64,000 nucleotides of DNA. Origin: Vampirovibrionales bacterium (GTDB taxonomy: Bacteria; Cyanobacteriota; Vampirovibrionia; Vampirovibrionales; Vampirovibrionaceae). Below are positions 41,240-51,258 of this stretch, in pieces. Position 1 is the stretch's first letter. Each line of letters opens with the position of its first letter. The DNA is taken from contig JARXAD010000011.1 in NCBI GenBank assembly GCA_029866025.1, positions 24,306 through 88,305 on the forward strand, written 5' to 3'. A program made the translations under genes and the position numbers. The notes beneath the pieces are model-generated. The model ran no database searches and was not told where the DNA came from. It saw nothing but the letters and a program-made list of their open reading frames with translations.

Positions 41240-42205
41240 ATGATGCCTTCTGGCTTTTGGGACCCACTTATTTCTCCATGGTGGCGAAGCTGGGGCATTT
41301 TGTACCGGGCTACCTGCCAGGTGTTTTCAACGCCGGTGGACATTGCATTGAGCTATCAATCGGTAACTCCTTGCATTCAAGCGGTGGTACCGCCAGCGTT
41401 GCCCATGGGCTTTACTCGCGTTCGGGTCCGAATCGTTCCCGCATCGTGGCCGAAACTTCGGGTATTGGGGGGGGCTGCTTCCCCATCGTTGAATGATTCC
41501 AACATTCACCGACTGAGCATGGCCATTCCAACACCGAGACTCTTAAATGGGGTTGGAGCTTCATCATTTTCTGTTCAAGCGCTCTCCGTTCCTTTGGGAG
41601 AAGCGTTGTTACTCTCATTAAAAACCATTCCGTGTGGAGAGAGCTGGCGTTACGCGCCTCTATCAGCACCCTTACTGGTGCACCCTCAAAATCATCCAAT
41701 ACCAATGGTAGTATTAAAAACAACGGGCAAGGCGTTGGGAGTTCCCGCATTTAAAGCTCCCAAAGCCTTGGGCTTAAGCATCCCTAAAAGCGCCCGTGCT
41801 CGTCTGGCATCGGCGTCCCTTGCGTTTAAAAGACGTGCCACCGACAATCTAAAGCACGTGTTGCGATTGGCAGTAATCCGCTCCCCCCTGCCGGCTCACC
41901 GGTTTAAGGTGGAGCAACGCCATGAATTTCGCAATCAGCTGGCGTTACGGGTAGCAGAGGTGCCGCCGGAAAAGATTTTGATTCGTTACGTGGTGGATCG
42001 GATTCCAACCGATGGCGTGGCGCGTTTTACCCCTCGTGAGGATGGAACTTTGTCATGGACGTGGGCAGAGTCGCAACCCTCACACCCAAAGAATCCCCGC
42101 AATAGTCAAGATCCACTGATAAAAGCCGCCTGTGGCGGCTGGGTAGTGGTGGGACAACGGCTGGATACGCGATCGCCGGTGATGACAGTGGTCATGCCTT
42201 CGTAA
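41240..42205 (+). CDS. Hypothetical protein
   Basis: Long ORF continuing the fliA operon. Start moved to ATG 41240 to avoid overlap. No recognisable motif. Confidence 0.55.
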   Translation: MMPSGFWDPLISPWWRSWGILYRATCQVFSTPVDIALSYQSVTPCIQAVVPPALPMGFTRVRVRIVPASWPKLRVLGGAASPSLNDSNIHRLSMAIPTPRLLNGVGASSFSVQALSVPLGEALLLSLKTIPCGESWRYAPLSAPLLVHPQNHPIPMVVLKTTGKALGVPAFKAPKALGLSIPKSARARLASASLAFKRRATDNLKHVLRLAVIRSPLPAHRFKVEQRHEFRNQLALRVAEVPPEKILIRYVVDRIPTDGVARFTPREDGTLSWTWAESQPSHPKNPRNSQDPLIKAACGGWVVVGQRLDTRSPVMTVVMPS

Positions 42206-42231
42206 AGACACTTAGGGAAGAGGCGAAAACT

Positions 42232-43005
42232 TTACAAGGGTTTTAAGCGAGGCTTGTTTTGGGGGCGTGGGTATTTATCGCTGCAGGTGGCATTGCTTTG
42301 GATGCGCACCACACAAAAGCCAGCCAACTCAGGAATCGTAGATTCTTCTACCTCGACCACACGGGCATGCAAGGCACGTAAGGCATGCTTGGCTGTTTTC
42401 AGTTCTTCCTCAGCCCCTTGGGTACTTTTCATGGCCAACAAGGTGCCGCCGGGCTTTAAAAAAGGCAAGGTCAGCTCCAGCAAAGTGTTCAATGCCGCTA
42501 CCCCACGGGCTGTAACCACATCAAATTGGTGACGATACTCTGGCTTATGGGCCAATTCATCGCAGCGGCCATGCAACAGGGTAACGCGTGGAGAGATGGC
42601 TAATTTTTTAGCAGCACTGGCCACGTAGTCGCATTTTTTACCCACACTGTCCATCCCCACAAAGGTACAATCGGGCCGTGCTAAGGCCAAGGGCAGTAAG
42701 GGAAACCCCGCTCCCGTCCCCACATCCAGCACAGCAGCATCGGCAGGTATAAAGGGTAACAGGGTCAAACTATCCACCCCATGGCGCCACACAAACCCCG
42801 TGGGATCCGTAATGCGGGTTAGGTTCATGCGCTGATTGCCTTGCCATAACATGGCATACAAGGCTTCCATGCTAGCCGCCAAGGCCTCGGTATTGGCTTT
42901 TTCAGGCAATACCGATTGTAAGGCTGGAATGGCCTGTGCCCACGCCTGTTGCAAGGCCGTCATATCAGGAACTGATTCAGTAAGCGAAGTGGGCGAAGCC
43001 GTCAT
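42232..43005 (-). CDS. rsmG: 16S rRNA m7G527 methyltransferase RsmG (GidB)
   Basis: NQRMNLTRIT, HGVDSL, LDVGTGAGFP, VTARGVA, RPQNKPRLKPL. Confidence 0.95.
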   Translation of the reverse strand: MTASPTSLTESVPDMTALQQAWAQAIPALQSVLPEKANTEALAASMEALYAMLWQGNQRMNLTRITDPTGFVWRHGVDSLTLLPFIPADAAVLDVGTGAGFPLLPLALARPDCTFVGMDSVGKKCDYVASAAKKLAISPRVTLLHGRCDELAHKPEYRHQFDVVTARGVAALNTLLELTLPFLKPGGTLLAMKSTQGAEEELKTAKHALRALHARVVEVEESTIPELAGFCVVRIQSNATCSDKYPRPQNKPRLKPL

Positions 43006-43104
43006 GATCCATTGCCTGTGGGAGTTTTACTAACATCCCTCCTATTCAATCACGAAACACGGCTACAATGAGAGGTATTTTCCAGCCCTATTGTTGAAGA
43101 CACC

Positions 43105-45789
43105 GTGCCCCAACCTAATCATCAACAGCCCTCATCTCCACAATCCAGGCCGTTTATTAGCGCCAATGTGCTGGAACGCTTAGCCAACGGGCAATTTGTG
43201 GCGCAGCGACGCAGCCAACCCAGCCTGGCCCAAATGACCGACAGTGCTGCCAATCGCCGAGATGACCTCTCCCCCCTTGCGGTGGCAAAGCGTTGCATTC
43301 CTTACGAGCCCAAGGTCTTTACAGATCGCCGAGACATTGTTCTGTCGTTGGCCCATGCCCTCAATGATCCTTCCATTGAAGTTGTATTGATAGAAGGTAA
43401 CGAAGGCAGCGGTACCACCAGCGTGGCCCGTGGCGTGGTAGAGCTTATGGGCGGCGGCCCGGAGCAGGTGTTGTGGGTGGATGTGGAACCCACCCTCAGC
43501 GACGGGGATTTGGTAAGCTTTTTGATTGGCTACCTCAATCGCATTGCCGCCTCGGTAGTTAAAAACCAAGCCAATTCTGCCTTCGGAACCCTTATCGACA
43601 CCGAAGACAACCCAGACATCCCAGGCGATGCCATGGCTCAATTGCGGCGTCAATTGGGGGCACTTTCAGAAAAACCCGTCCTTATTGTAATGGACCATCT
43701 GGGCAGCCGTGTGAATGACGGTGGGTTTTGGAACACCACCTTACTCCAAGAACTGCTTCATTTTTTGCTGGCCGTCCCTTCGGTTAAAGTCATGCTGGTG
43801 GGAGAACACTTACCCACAGGGGATATGGCCAGCCTCGGCTCTCGTCTGTTTTCAGTGAACCTCACACCACCGTCATCATCCACCCCGCCCAGCACCTTTT
43901 TGTGGCACCACTTGGCCCAACGGATACATGCCAGCCAATGGGAGCACGCCCCCAGCCAGGTGTTGGGAGGATTACTAGCCCAACAACTTAGCCGAGAAGA
44001 CCAGCGTATTGCCGCTCTATTAGCCTGTGTGCGCCACAGTTTAAACCAAAGCGATTTAAGCCAATGGAGTGAAGATTTTAAGCACACCGATCCCAAAGAA
44101 AAAAAAGCCACCGCCCTCTCAACGCCCCTCAACGCCTCAACTCTTCAGCACCACTTAAAGGCGTCTCCCTTAAGGCCCCTCATTCGTCGCTCCTTACTGC
44201 CGCAGCAGCTGCTCTCCGTGCTAGCGTTACCCCCCGAGCAACGGCCCACCCACGTTGACGAATGGTCCCACTATCGGTTCTCGTTTTACGAGTTCGGCTC
44301 AGCCATGCTGGCAGCTCATCTGCCGCCGTTGCTGGTCTCCAAAACCCATGAATTTTTATCGCAACAGTATTTGGCGCAACGAAAAGTGCCGATGGAGCAG
44401 CGTGTCTTGCCCGTGGCCAATTCTATTTTGGTGCAAGAAGCCCGCTACCACGAAGAGCAAGCTCAACAAGCACGCCTTCGATTGGCCCAGCAAAAAACCC
44501 TCCAACACCTCTCCGCAGAACCCCAGACTGCGCATGTCAATGACGCCCATGCCTTTTCGGAAGCTGATCTCCATGAAATAGCACGCCACCAAGAACGCCT
44601 CACTCAATCAATGCCCCTAGACCCGGTAACGCAGACACAGCCCACCGTCATCGTCGTATCTTCACCCGACGTAGACGCCTCACTCAATCCATCGATAAAC
44701 GTGACATCCCCACATAGCACACCCATCCCAGAACCCACCATGGCATTGTTTCACGCAAAGCTACAACCCGCCCTGTCTCATGTCACCTCGGCGCACCATG
44801 CATTTGCTCAACAACAGTGGGATGTTTCTCAAGCCAGTTTGGAGTTAGCCCTCCAGCAGCTCAACCATGTGGCGCAACAAAGCCAGCAACTGCAAGCCGT
44901 TCTTCATAGCCGCTTGGCCTATGTGGCGGCCATTAACCAACACTGGGAAACCGCTCAGTCTTATTACCAGCACGCCCAGCAGTATCTAAACAACATGCCA
45001 GAGAATGACACCCCATCCCTTGGACCATGGCTTGTGGCGCAACAATGCCTGACAGAAACCCTGTTGCCAGAACGCTACAAGCCAACCAAACCAGAAACAC
45101 TATGCCAGCGTCTCTTGTTGTCCCTACACACCTGTGAAGCAGAAACCGCAACAGCCTCAAGCATTGAAAACGACCCGTACGTGTCTTTTTGGCAAGCCGT
45201 ATTGCCCCAAGCTCCTTTGTTAGCTGAACTGACCTTTCGAGCCGCTACGTTGCTGGATGCAGAAAAATCAGAAGGCTCTTCCGTGGCTTATTCTGCCCCG
45301 CAGTTATACGAGCTGGCTTACACCCGTCTGTTAGAAACCCATCAACCTTTTGCTGCGGCATCGGCGGCAGCCAATCGGGCCGCTTTGTTTTCAGAAGCCA
45401 AAGCCTACAACCAAGCCATTCCTTGGTTACAACGCGCCTTAAACCTAGAAGAAGCAAACGATTGGACCGATGAAGCCGCCGAATCTCACCAGCGTTTGGC
45501 CAAAGCGTATGCTAAAACCCAACAGTGGCAATCGGCCCTACACCATGGCGATTGCGTGTTACGGTGGCTGGAAACCGAAGACAACAAAAGTCTACACGCT
45601 GAAACGTTGGCCCGTTGGCAACAACGCCTGGGCCAATGGGCCAAAACCGGCGGATTCCCCAATCAAGCCAAAGTGTACTGGCTAAGCGCCTTAGAAACGC
45701 TCTATGGCATGAGCCGCGTTGCCCCCCTTACCCCCCAGCAACAGGCCCAGCAGCACGAACTGGAAACCGCCATTCGCCAACAGGCCTAG
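43105..45789 (+). CDS. Large protein with a degenerate P-loop NTPase region and C-terminal TPR-like repeats
   Basis: 894 aa; IEGNEGSGTTSVA (Walker A-like, no Lys), VLIVMDH (Walker B-like), TPR-like helices such as AYNQAIPWLQRALNL. Confidence 0.7.
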   Translation: MPQPNHQQPSSPQSRPFISANVLERLANGQFVAQRRSQPSLAQMTDSAANRRDDLSPLAVAKRCIPYEPKVFTDRRDIVLSLAHALNDPSIEVVLIEGNEGSGTTSVARGVVELMGGGPEQVLWVDVEPTLSDGDLVSFLIGYLNRIAASVVKNQANSAFGTLIDTEDNPDIPGDAMAQLRRQLGALSEKPVLIVMDHLGSRVNDGGFWNTTLLQELLHFLLAVPSVKVMLVGEHLPTGDMASLGSRLFSVNLTPPSSSTPPSTFLWHHLAQRIHASQWEHAPSQVLGGLLAQQLSREDQRIAALLACVRHSLNQSDLSQWSEDFKHTDPKEKKATALSTPLNASTLQHHLKASPLRPLIRRSLLPQQLLSVLALPPEQRPTHVDEWSHYRFSFYEFGSAMLAAHLPPLLVSKTHEFLSQQYLAQRKVPMEQRVLPVANSILVQEARYHEEQAQQARLRLAQQKTLQHLSAEPQTAHVNDAHAFSEADLHEIARHQERLTQSMPLDPVTQTQPTVIVVSSPDVDASLNPSINVTSPHSTPIPEPTMALFHAKLQPALSHVTSAHHAFAQQQWDVSQASLELALQQLNHVAQQSQQLQAVLHSRLAYVAAINQHWETAQSYYQHAQQYLNNMPENDTPSLGPWLVAQQCLTETLLPERYKPTKPETLCQRLLLSLHTCEAETATASSIENDPYVSFWQAVLPQAPLLAELTFRAATLLDAEKSEGSSVAYSAPQLYELAYTRLLETHQPFAAASAAANRAALFSEAKAYNQAIPWLQRALNLEEANDWTDEAAESHQRLAKAYAKTQQWQSALHHGDCVLRWLETEDNKSLHAETLARWQQRLGQWAKTGGFPNQAKVYWLSALETLYGMSRVAPLTPQQQAQQHELETAIRQQA

Positions 45790-45862
45790 GCAACGTTGGG
45801 ATATTTCTCTGTGTTCAGCCTAAACTAGTGGCAGCTTATTCCAGTATTCAAAGGTTTTCACC

Positions 45863-46495
45863 ATGACCGCTACACTAACGCCCCCTTCACCCACCCTTTT
45901 AAAAGGGCAACCCAGCACGAGTCCCTTTGCCACCATTCCCAGCAACGACACAGAGCGCTTGCGGTTGTTGCAGCTGATTCAGCAACACGCCCTCAAATTC
46001 GGTACGTTCACCTTGGCCAGTGGCAAGCAATCTAGCTACTATTTGGATTGCCGTTTGGTGACCCTTCTTAGCGAAGGCGCTGACTTGATTGGCCGTTTGA
46101 TGGCCCGCCAACTGTTACCCACCCAAGCCGATGCCGTGGGGGGGGTGGTGATTGGTGCGGCTCCTATGGTGACGGCCACAGGCTTGGCAGCCACCGCCCA
46201 AGGCTTGCCCCTCAATGGCTTTCTCATTCGCAAAGCCACCAAAGGCCATGGCACCCAAAAACTGGTGGAAGGTCACATTGCCGCGTGGATGCGCGTGGTG
46301 CTGGTGGAAGACGTGGTGACCACGGCTGGTTCTTTGGTGGAAGGCATTCAAGCGCTAAAAGCCGAATACCCCAGCGTGGTGGTCAGTGGGGTGTTGTCTC
46401 TGGTGGACCGTAACGCCGGTGGAGATCAAGTCTTTCAGCAACTAGGCATTCCGTATCAGGCCTTGTTTAACGTAAACGAGGTGATTCAAAAATAA
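45863..46495 (+). CDS. pyrE: Orotate phosphoribosyltransferase
   Basis: KFGTFTLASGKQSSYYLDCR, IRKATKGHGT, VVLVEDVVTTAGS. Confidence 0.96.
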   Translation: MTATLTPPSPTLLKGQPSTSPFATIPSNDTERLRLLQLIQQHALKFGTFTLASGKQSSYYLDCRLVTLLSEGADLIGRLMARQLLPTQADAVGGVVIGAAPMVTATGLAATAQGLPLNGFLIRKATKGHGTQKLVEGHIAAWMRVVLVEDVVTTAGSLVEGIQALKAEYPSVVVSGVLSLVDRNAGGDQVFQQLGIPYQALFNVNEVIQK

Positions 46496-46501
46496 TACGA
46501 T

Positions 46502-46735
46502 TTACCACGTTGTAGAATCGTAAAAACGATACGCCCGCTTTTTGCCTCTTGCGATTTTTTCTTTCTGCAATTTAGTAGGTTCACCCTCTTCCCTAGCTGC
46601 TTTACCAACTAAGAAAGGTAGCTTTTTAAAAGGAATCTTGGCGGCTTTTTTATTTGCTGTTTGGCTGGTTGCTTGGTTTCCTAGTGTTGTATTTTTTAAA
46701 CCAAAGGGAATAGGAGTCATCGAAGAAATAAACAT
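46502..46735 (-). CDS. Small basic hypothetical protein (N-terminal IPFG motif)
   Basis: 77 aa, Lys-rich, AT-rich DNA. Confidence 0.5.
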   Translation of the reverse strand: MFISSMTPIPFGLKNTTLGNQATSQTANKKAAKIPFKKLPFLVGKAAREEGEPTKLQKEKIARGKKRAYRFYDSTTW

Positions 46736-46842
46736 GCGGCAACTTTCTTATAATGAAGTATTCAGCCGCATGATATATCAAATGATTGAATCACCAATAA
46801 AACTCTATACAGTCTTTACATAACGTTGTAAAGCAATGCCTA

Positions 46843-47313
46843 TTAGCTAGGCTGGATGTTATCCGTTTCTTCTAACACAACGGATGAACGCAACTCTTCG
46901 GGAATCCATTGCATCCAGCCACTGTCCAACTTTTGGATAAATTCGTGGGCTTCCAAAACATCGTTGTCTTGAATGGTGTCTTTTAAGGCAAAGCGCTCAA
47001 AATCCTTGGGGGTCAGCTCAGGGTCTTCCACGGCAAAACGGCGGGCCATGGCTTCAATCAAGTCATCCAAACTCAAGGCTTCGCTATCAAATTGTTGGGC
47101 CAGCTGTTCGGCAGCGGCATCAGTAGCATTCATGTGCTCCACACCCACGGCGGCATCGCCATTGTGCTTGCCACAGCTATGGCAATGAATGGCCACCACA
47201 AAATAATTGCTGCCACGCCCAATCAGGTGCACATCGTCGGTATGAAAGCTTTCGTTGCAAAAGCGGCAACTCATACGGGTAAAAAAGTGGCGAATCACGC
47301 TAAAAGTATCCAT
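46843..47313 (-). CDS. Hypothetical zinc-ribbon protein
   Basis: CRFC...CHSC pairs, acidic C-terminus with IQDNDVLEAHEF. Start moved to ATG 47313. Confidence 0.75.
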   Translation of the reverse strand: MDTFSVIRHFFTRMSCRFCNESFHTDDVHLIGRGSNYFVVAIHCHSCGKHNGDAAVGVEHMNATDAAAEQLAQQFDSEALSLDDLIEAMARRFAVEDPELTPKDFERFALKDTIQDNDVLEAHEFIQKLDSGWMQWIPEELRSSVVLEETDNIQPS

Positions 47314-47560
47314 AAGGGCGGAAATCTCTCCTCGCTCTAGAAAAGCTGAAAATAAGGGTGACAGCGACTTACACTGCAGAAACAAAACTCATACTATTAT
47401 TATAATGAGGTGCCGCAAGATGGGCGAGGTTTGGCGGTTTTTTTTAAGATTTGGGGGCTCAGCCCCCTTACTATCAATGAGTATATAAGGTGAGAAAACA
47501 GCCGGTTTTTTTAGGGGTTGTGCATGTAGCCGTGTTTGTTGGCACCGTCATTCGGTAGGG

Positions 47561-47893
47561 TCAGGTTGTTTTCTTGTGTAAAAATGAATCCATTTTTTGT
47601 TTTTCTTGCCTCCGTAGGCCCTCCGCTACAGATCCGCCCACAAGAGCACCCAATAAAGAGTAAAAGCTACGTTTACTTTTAACCAATCCCCGAACCAAGT
47701 CGCCTAAAAGGATACCACCCAGGGTATAGGGAAGATCGGTAACAAAATTTTCTGAAAAAACAGTGCCAAGTTGCCGAAGGGTTTGTGGCTTATTGGTCGA
47801 CGTTTGTTTTCGACTCTGAGCGATGGCCTGTTGTGCGGCAGGAGACGAAAGGCCAAAAGCGGGTTGAAACGATACGGGCATAAGATAAAACAT
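47561..47893 (-). CDS. Small membrane protein with glycine-zipper-like helices (N-terminal PAFG motif)
   Basis: Start moved to ATG 47893; LGGILLG and LLGALVGG helices. Confidence 0.6.
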   Translation of the reverse strand: MFYLMPVSFQPAFGLSSPAAQQAIAQSRKQTSTNKPQTLRQLGTVFSENFVTDLPYTLGGILLGDLVRGLVKSKRSFYSLLGALVGGSVAEGLRRQEKQKMDSFLHKKTT

Positions 47894-47963
47894 GTTACAC
47901 ACCCAAAAAAATTTGGAATGTTGTAATACTATACTAAATGTTTCAAATCTTCGAGCAATGAGA

Positions 47964-48350
47964 TTATGGCTTGTAACCGTACAAAGCATCCACATAGGCA
48001 GGGTAAGGGCGCGTGGATTTATCACGCATGGCGGCGTACAGCCGTTTGCTTTCTGGCCAATGAGCAATACCTGCAACCGCTTGGCCCAAAATCATCCCTA
48101 AAATGGGCAACAATACTTTGCCAAACCCCTTGTTAAGAAATCTTGCCCCCAATAAACCCAAGCCCAATCCACCCAAAGCGCAGGGAATCATGGTGGTGTA
48201 ATAGCGTTTGATAAAGGCATCGCTCTGTTTAATCAGTGCCACCGAATCGTTAGCCGAAAGACCATACTGGGCTTGCATCATGGCCTGACGGGCAGCAAGG
48301 GACAGAAACCCAAAGTGCAACTGAGAGAGATGAATTGTAGGTGACTGCAC
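47964..48350 (-). CDS. Small membrane protein with glycine-zipper-like helices (N-terminal LHFG motif)
   Basis: 128 aa; ALGGLGLGLLG and ILGMILGQAVAG helices. Confidence 0.7.
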   Translation of the reverse strand: MQSPTIHLSQLHFGFLSLAARQAMMQAQYGLSANDSVALIKQSDAFIKRYYTTMIPCALGGLGLGLLGARFLNKGFGKVLLPILGMILGQAVAGIAHWPESKRLYAAMRDKSTRPYPAYVDALYGYKP

Positions 48351-48450
48351 GACAATACTCCAAAGAAGCTGGGCTATTGTAATACTATACTAAACCCCTC
48401 AATTTTTCGTATTGAGTAAAAATACCCAATTGTTGAAAAGTCTTTACAGT

Positions 48451-48870
48451 ATGCAACCTTTCATCACCCAAGTGGCCATACCCGATACCGACTGCTACGG
48501 GGTGGCGTGGCACGGCAGCTACACCCGCTGGCTAGAGGCGGGTCGTGTGGACTGGTTTGCCCAGCAAGGCTACACGCTTCCGGGCCCACCCCACACCTTG
48601 GCCGAAGGCGAAGAACCCTTGGTCTTTCCGGTGATAGAGCAACACCTGCGGTTTAAAGCCCCAGCCCGCTTGTGGGATGAGCTCACCATCGTCACGCAGG
48701 TTCAGGTAGAGGGTCGCCGTCTTATTTTTCCTCAGAAAGTGCTAAAAGGAGGTACCCCCTTGATGGAAGCCACCACCACGTGCGTGGTCATCCATGGCAC
48801 CACGTGGAAACCCTACCGCAGCCTGCCTGACACCATTGCCCACCTCTTACCGCAACCCCTCCACAGCTAA
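48451..48870 (+). CDS. Acyl-CoA thioesterase (YbgC/4HBT family)
   Basis: DTDCYGVAWHGSYTRWLEAGR, LRFKAPARLWDEL. Start moved to ATG 48451. Confidence 0.9.
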   Translation: MQPFITQVAIPDTDCYGVAWHGSYTRWLEAGRVDWFAQQGYTLPGPPHTLAEGEEPLVFPVIEQHLRFKAPARLWDELTIVTQVQVEGRRLIFPQKVLKGGTPLMEATTTCVVIHGTTWKPYRSLPDTIAHLLPQPLHS

Positions 48871-49430
48871 TGCCCCACGCTCTTCTTTCTCCCCAGTGGC
48901 TCTTGCAGGATACCGTCACATTGGCCCAGCAGTTGTTGGGTAAAACACTGGCCGTCAAAGAAGATTCTGGCGACTTTAGCACCTATACCCTTATTGAAAC
49001 CGAAGCCTACACCGCCGATGACCCTGCCTGCCACGCTTACGGAACCACCGCCCAAACCGTGGGCACCAAACGCAGCGCCAGTCTGTACAAATCTCCAGGA
49101 ACCGCCTATGTGTATCTCATTTACGGCATGCATCATTGCCTGAATGTGGTAACGGAAGCCGAACACACCGCCGGAGCCGTGTTATTCCGTGGAATTCGAT
49201 CCGATGAAGACGGCTCAGTGATTTTAGGGCCAGGACGACTGTGCAAAACACTGGGCGTAACGAAGGCCACCCATAATCACTTGGATTTATGCAGCCCTCA
49301 CAGCCCAATACAGCTTTGGGAGGCGCAAAGCGTCCCTAAAGAAAAGATCTTGGCAACCCCACGCATTGGTATTAGCCAAGCCACGGAACGCTTGTGGCGA
49401 TTTATCGATACCCGGTACATCCAAAAATAG
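48870..49430 (+). CDS. mpg: DNA-3-methyladenine glycosylase (MPG/AAG family)
   Basis: LAQQLLG, IETEAY, PGTAYVYLIYGMHHCLNVV, GAVLFR, GPGRLC, TPRIGIS. Confidence 0.95.
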   Translation: MPHALLSPQWLLQDTVTLAQQLLGKTLAVKEDSGDFSTYTLIETEAYTADDPACHAYGTTAQTVGTKRSASLYKSPGTAYVYLIYGMHHCLNVVTEAEHTAGAVLFRGIRSDEDGSVILGPGRLCKTLGVTKATHNHLDLCSPHSPIQLWEAQSVPKEKILATPRIGISQATERLWRFIDTRYIQK

Positions 49431-49441
49431 ATCTTGCCCTC

Positions 49442-49465
49442 AAGGTTGACATTAACGTCAACCAT
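49442..49465. repeat. Near-perfect palindrome AAGGTTGACATTAACGTCAACCAT (copy 2)
   Basis: 22/24 identical to 17234..17257; sits in the 47-bp gap between convergent mpg and nnr. Confidence 0.75.
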
Positions 49466-49477
49466 CGTTAAGACGGT

Positions 49478-51133
49478 TTAGGATATCTCCATGGCTTTTT
49501 TAAGCGCAGCGTGCAGCCCCGTAATGAGGGTGGATGCAGGCACTCCTACCAAGGTTCGCTCTTCTGAGAGGTGTTCAGCGGTGGCGCCATGCCACCACAC
49601 CGCCAACCGCGCCGCAATAGCCGATCGTTCCGCATAGTGTTCAACGCGCGTGGCCAATTGGGCTGCCAAACTCCCCATAAGGCCTGCCAACACGTCTCCC
49701 GAACCGGCACGGGCCAAGGCAGCATTGCCCACACAGCTAATCCAGCAGTGGCCTTGGGTTTCTCCAATACAGTTTGGCAATACCACAATAGGTGTCGCTG
49801 TTTTTATCACCACGGTTAGATGGCCACCCCAACGGGCTTGAATGGCTTTTGCGGCGCCGTAGGCATCGTCGATTACAGACTGAGAAGACTCCCACCCTGC
49901 GATACCGGCCAACAATCGTGCCGCTTCACCGGGGTGGGGGGTGAGGATCGTTCCATCGGGAATCATGGAAGACAGAGTGGTATCGGAAGCCAAGGCGTTC
50001 AGGGCATCCGCATCGAGTATGAGCAAAGGTTTTTGAGTGTTCAAGCCCTTATGCCATTCCAATAGACTGGTTAAAACGATATGGGCGGCACTTCCTAAGC
50101 CAGGCCCAACCACAATGGCTTGCACAGAGCGCTGTTTTGCAGCCTTAGACCATGTACCCGCCGTTACCTCTGCCCAGCGCAACTGTTGGCGTAGGCAGTC
50201 GGGGGGAATGATTACCTGAGGCCACACGGTCTCATCGGTAATCAGCGTGGTTAAGCCAGCACCACCTGCCAAACAGGCTTCCGTGGCCAATTGGGCTGCC
50301 CCAGGCATCGCCTCACTACCCGCTATTACCCAACAATGGCCTCGGGTCACTTTGTAGTCGGTGGATTTGGGCCACGGCCAGTGGGCCATAGCAAAAGCCT
50401 CGGTTAACAACTGATATGGCGTGGGATAGGTGGCCAATAGCTCCGACGGAAAGCCAATATCCGCCACGGTTAGCTGACCACAAACCTGCTTACCCTGCCC
50501 CAACCAATGACCTGGCTTAGCCGTGCCAAACGTAACAGTACAGGTTGCCTGAACAAAGGCCCCCAGCGCATTGCCTGTAATCGCATCAATCCCAGAAGGA
50601 ATATCCACGGATAGGACTGGTGTATTGCAGACATTCACTGCCTCTATCCAATGTTTATAAGGTGCCCTTGGCACCCGAGACAACCCCACCCCAAATAGTG
50701 CATCCACCACCAGACAAGCTTGGCTAATCACTAAATTTAAGGCTTCTATCGAAGGGTTTTCCAACCATTGGATGGGCAAATCCTTTAAGCGTGCTTCATT
50801 GGTGGCCGCATCCGATGACGCATCCATCGGGTCTCGGCGTTGCGCCACACACACCGTAACGGCGCTTTGGGGCAACTGTTGGCATAACAGGCGCGCCAGC
50901 ACAAAGCCATCGCCTCCATTGTTACCGGGGCCACACAGCACTAAGATGCGGTGCTGGGACAACTTGGCACAACACTTCATCAAAGCTTTGTGAGTCAACA
51001 CTTTGTGAACACAGGCCACTAGTGCCTCGCCGGCCCGCTCCATCAGCGTTAGGCTAGGTATGCCGTACTCTCTTATCGCAGCCGCATCCAGCCCCGCAGT
51101 ATCGGCAATCAAAGGAGAAAAACAGTCCATCAT
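49478..51133 (-). CDS. nnr: Bifunctional NAD(P)HX epimerase/dehydratase (YjeF family)
   Basis: LMERAG, CGPGNNGGDG, VDALFGVG, VDIPSG, VVGPGLG, LILDADAL, LTPHPGEAARL, GSGDVLAG. Start moved to ATG 51133. Confidence 0.93.
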   Translation of the reverse strand: MMDCFSPLIADTAGLDAAAIREYGIPSLTLMERAGEALVACVHKVLTHKALMKCCAKLSQHRILVLCGPGNNGGDGFVLARLLCQQLPQSAVTVCVAQRRDPMDASSDAATNEARLKDLPIQWLENPSIEALNLVISQACLVVDALFGVGLSRVPRAPYKHWIEAVNVCNTPVLSVDIPSGIDAITGNALGAFVQATCTVTFGTAKPGHWLGQGKQVCGQLTVADIGFPSELLATYPTPYQLLTEAFAMAHWPWPKSTDYKVTRGHCWVIAGSEAMPGAAQLATEACLAGGAGLTTLITDETVWPQVIIPPDCLRQQLRWAEVTAGTWSKAAKQRSVQAIVVGPGLGSAAHIVLTSLLEWHKGLNTQKPLLILDADALNALASDTTLSSMIPDGTILTPHPGEAARLLAGIAGWESSQSVIDDAYGAAKAIQARWGGHLTVVIKTATPIVVLPNCIGETQGHCWISCVGNAALARAGSGDVLAGLMGSLAAQLATRVEHYAERSAIAARLAVWWHGATAEHLSEERTLVGVPASTLITGLHAALKKAMEIS

Positions 51134-51258
51134 GGCGCCTAACAATCCAACAACATTCCGGTATTTTTTAAAATCACACCGATCCTTGTGGGATAATAGC
51201 AGGATTAAGCACGACACAATGCCCCCAGTAACAGGATGTTCCCTAGCGGGCCAGCCCC

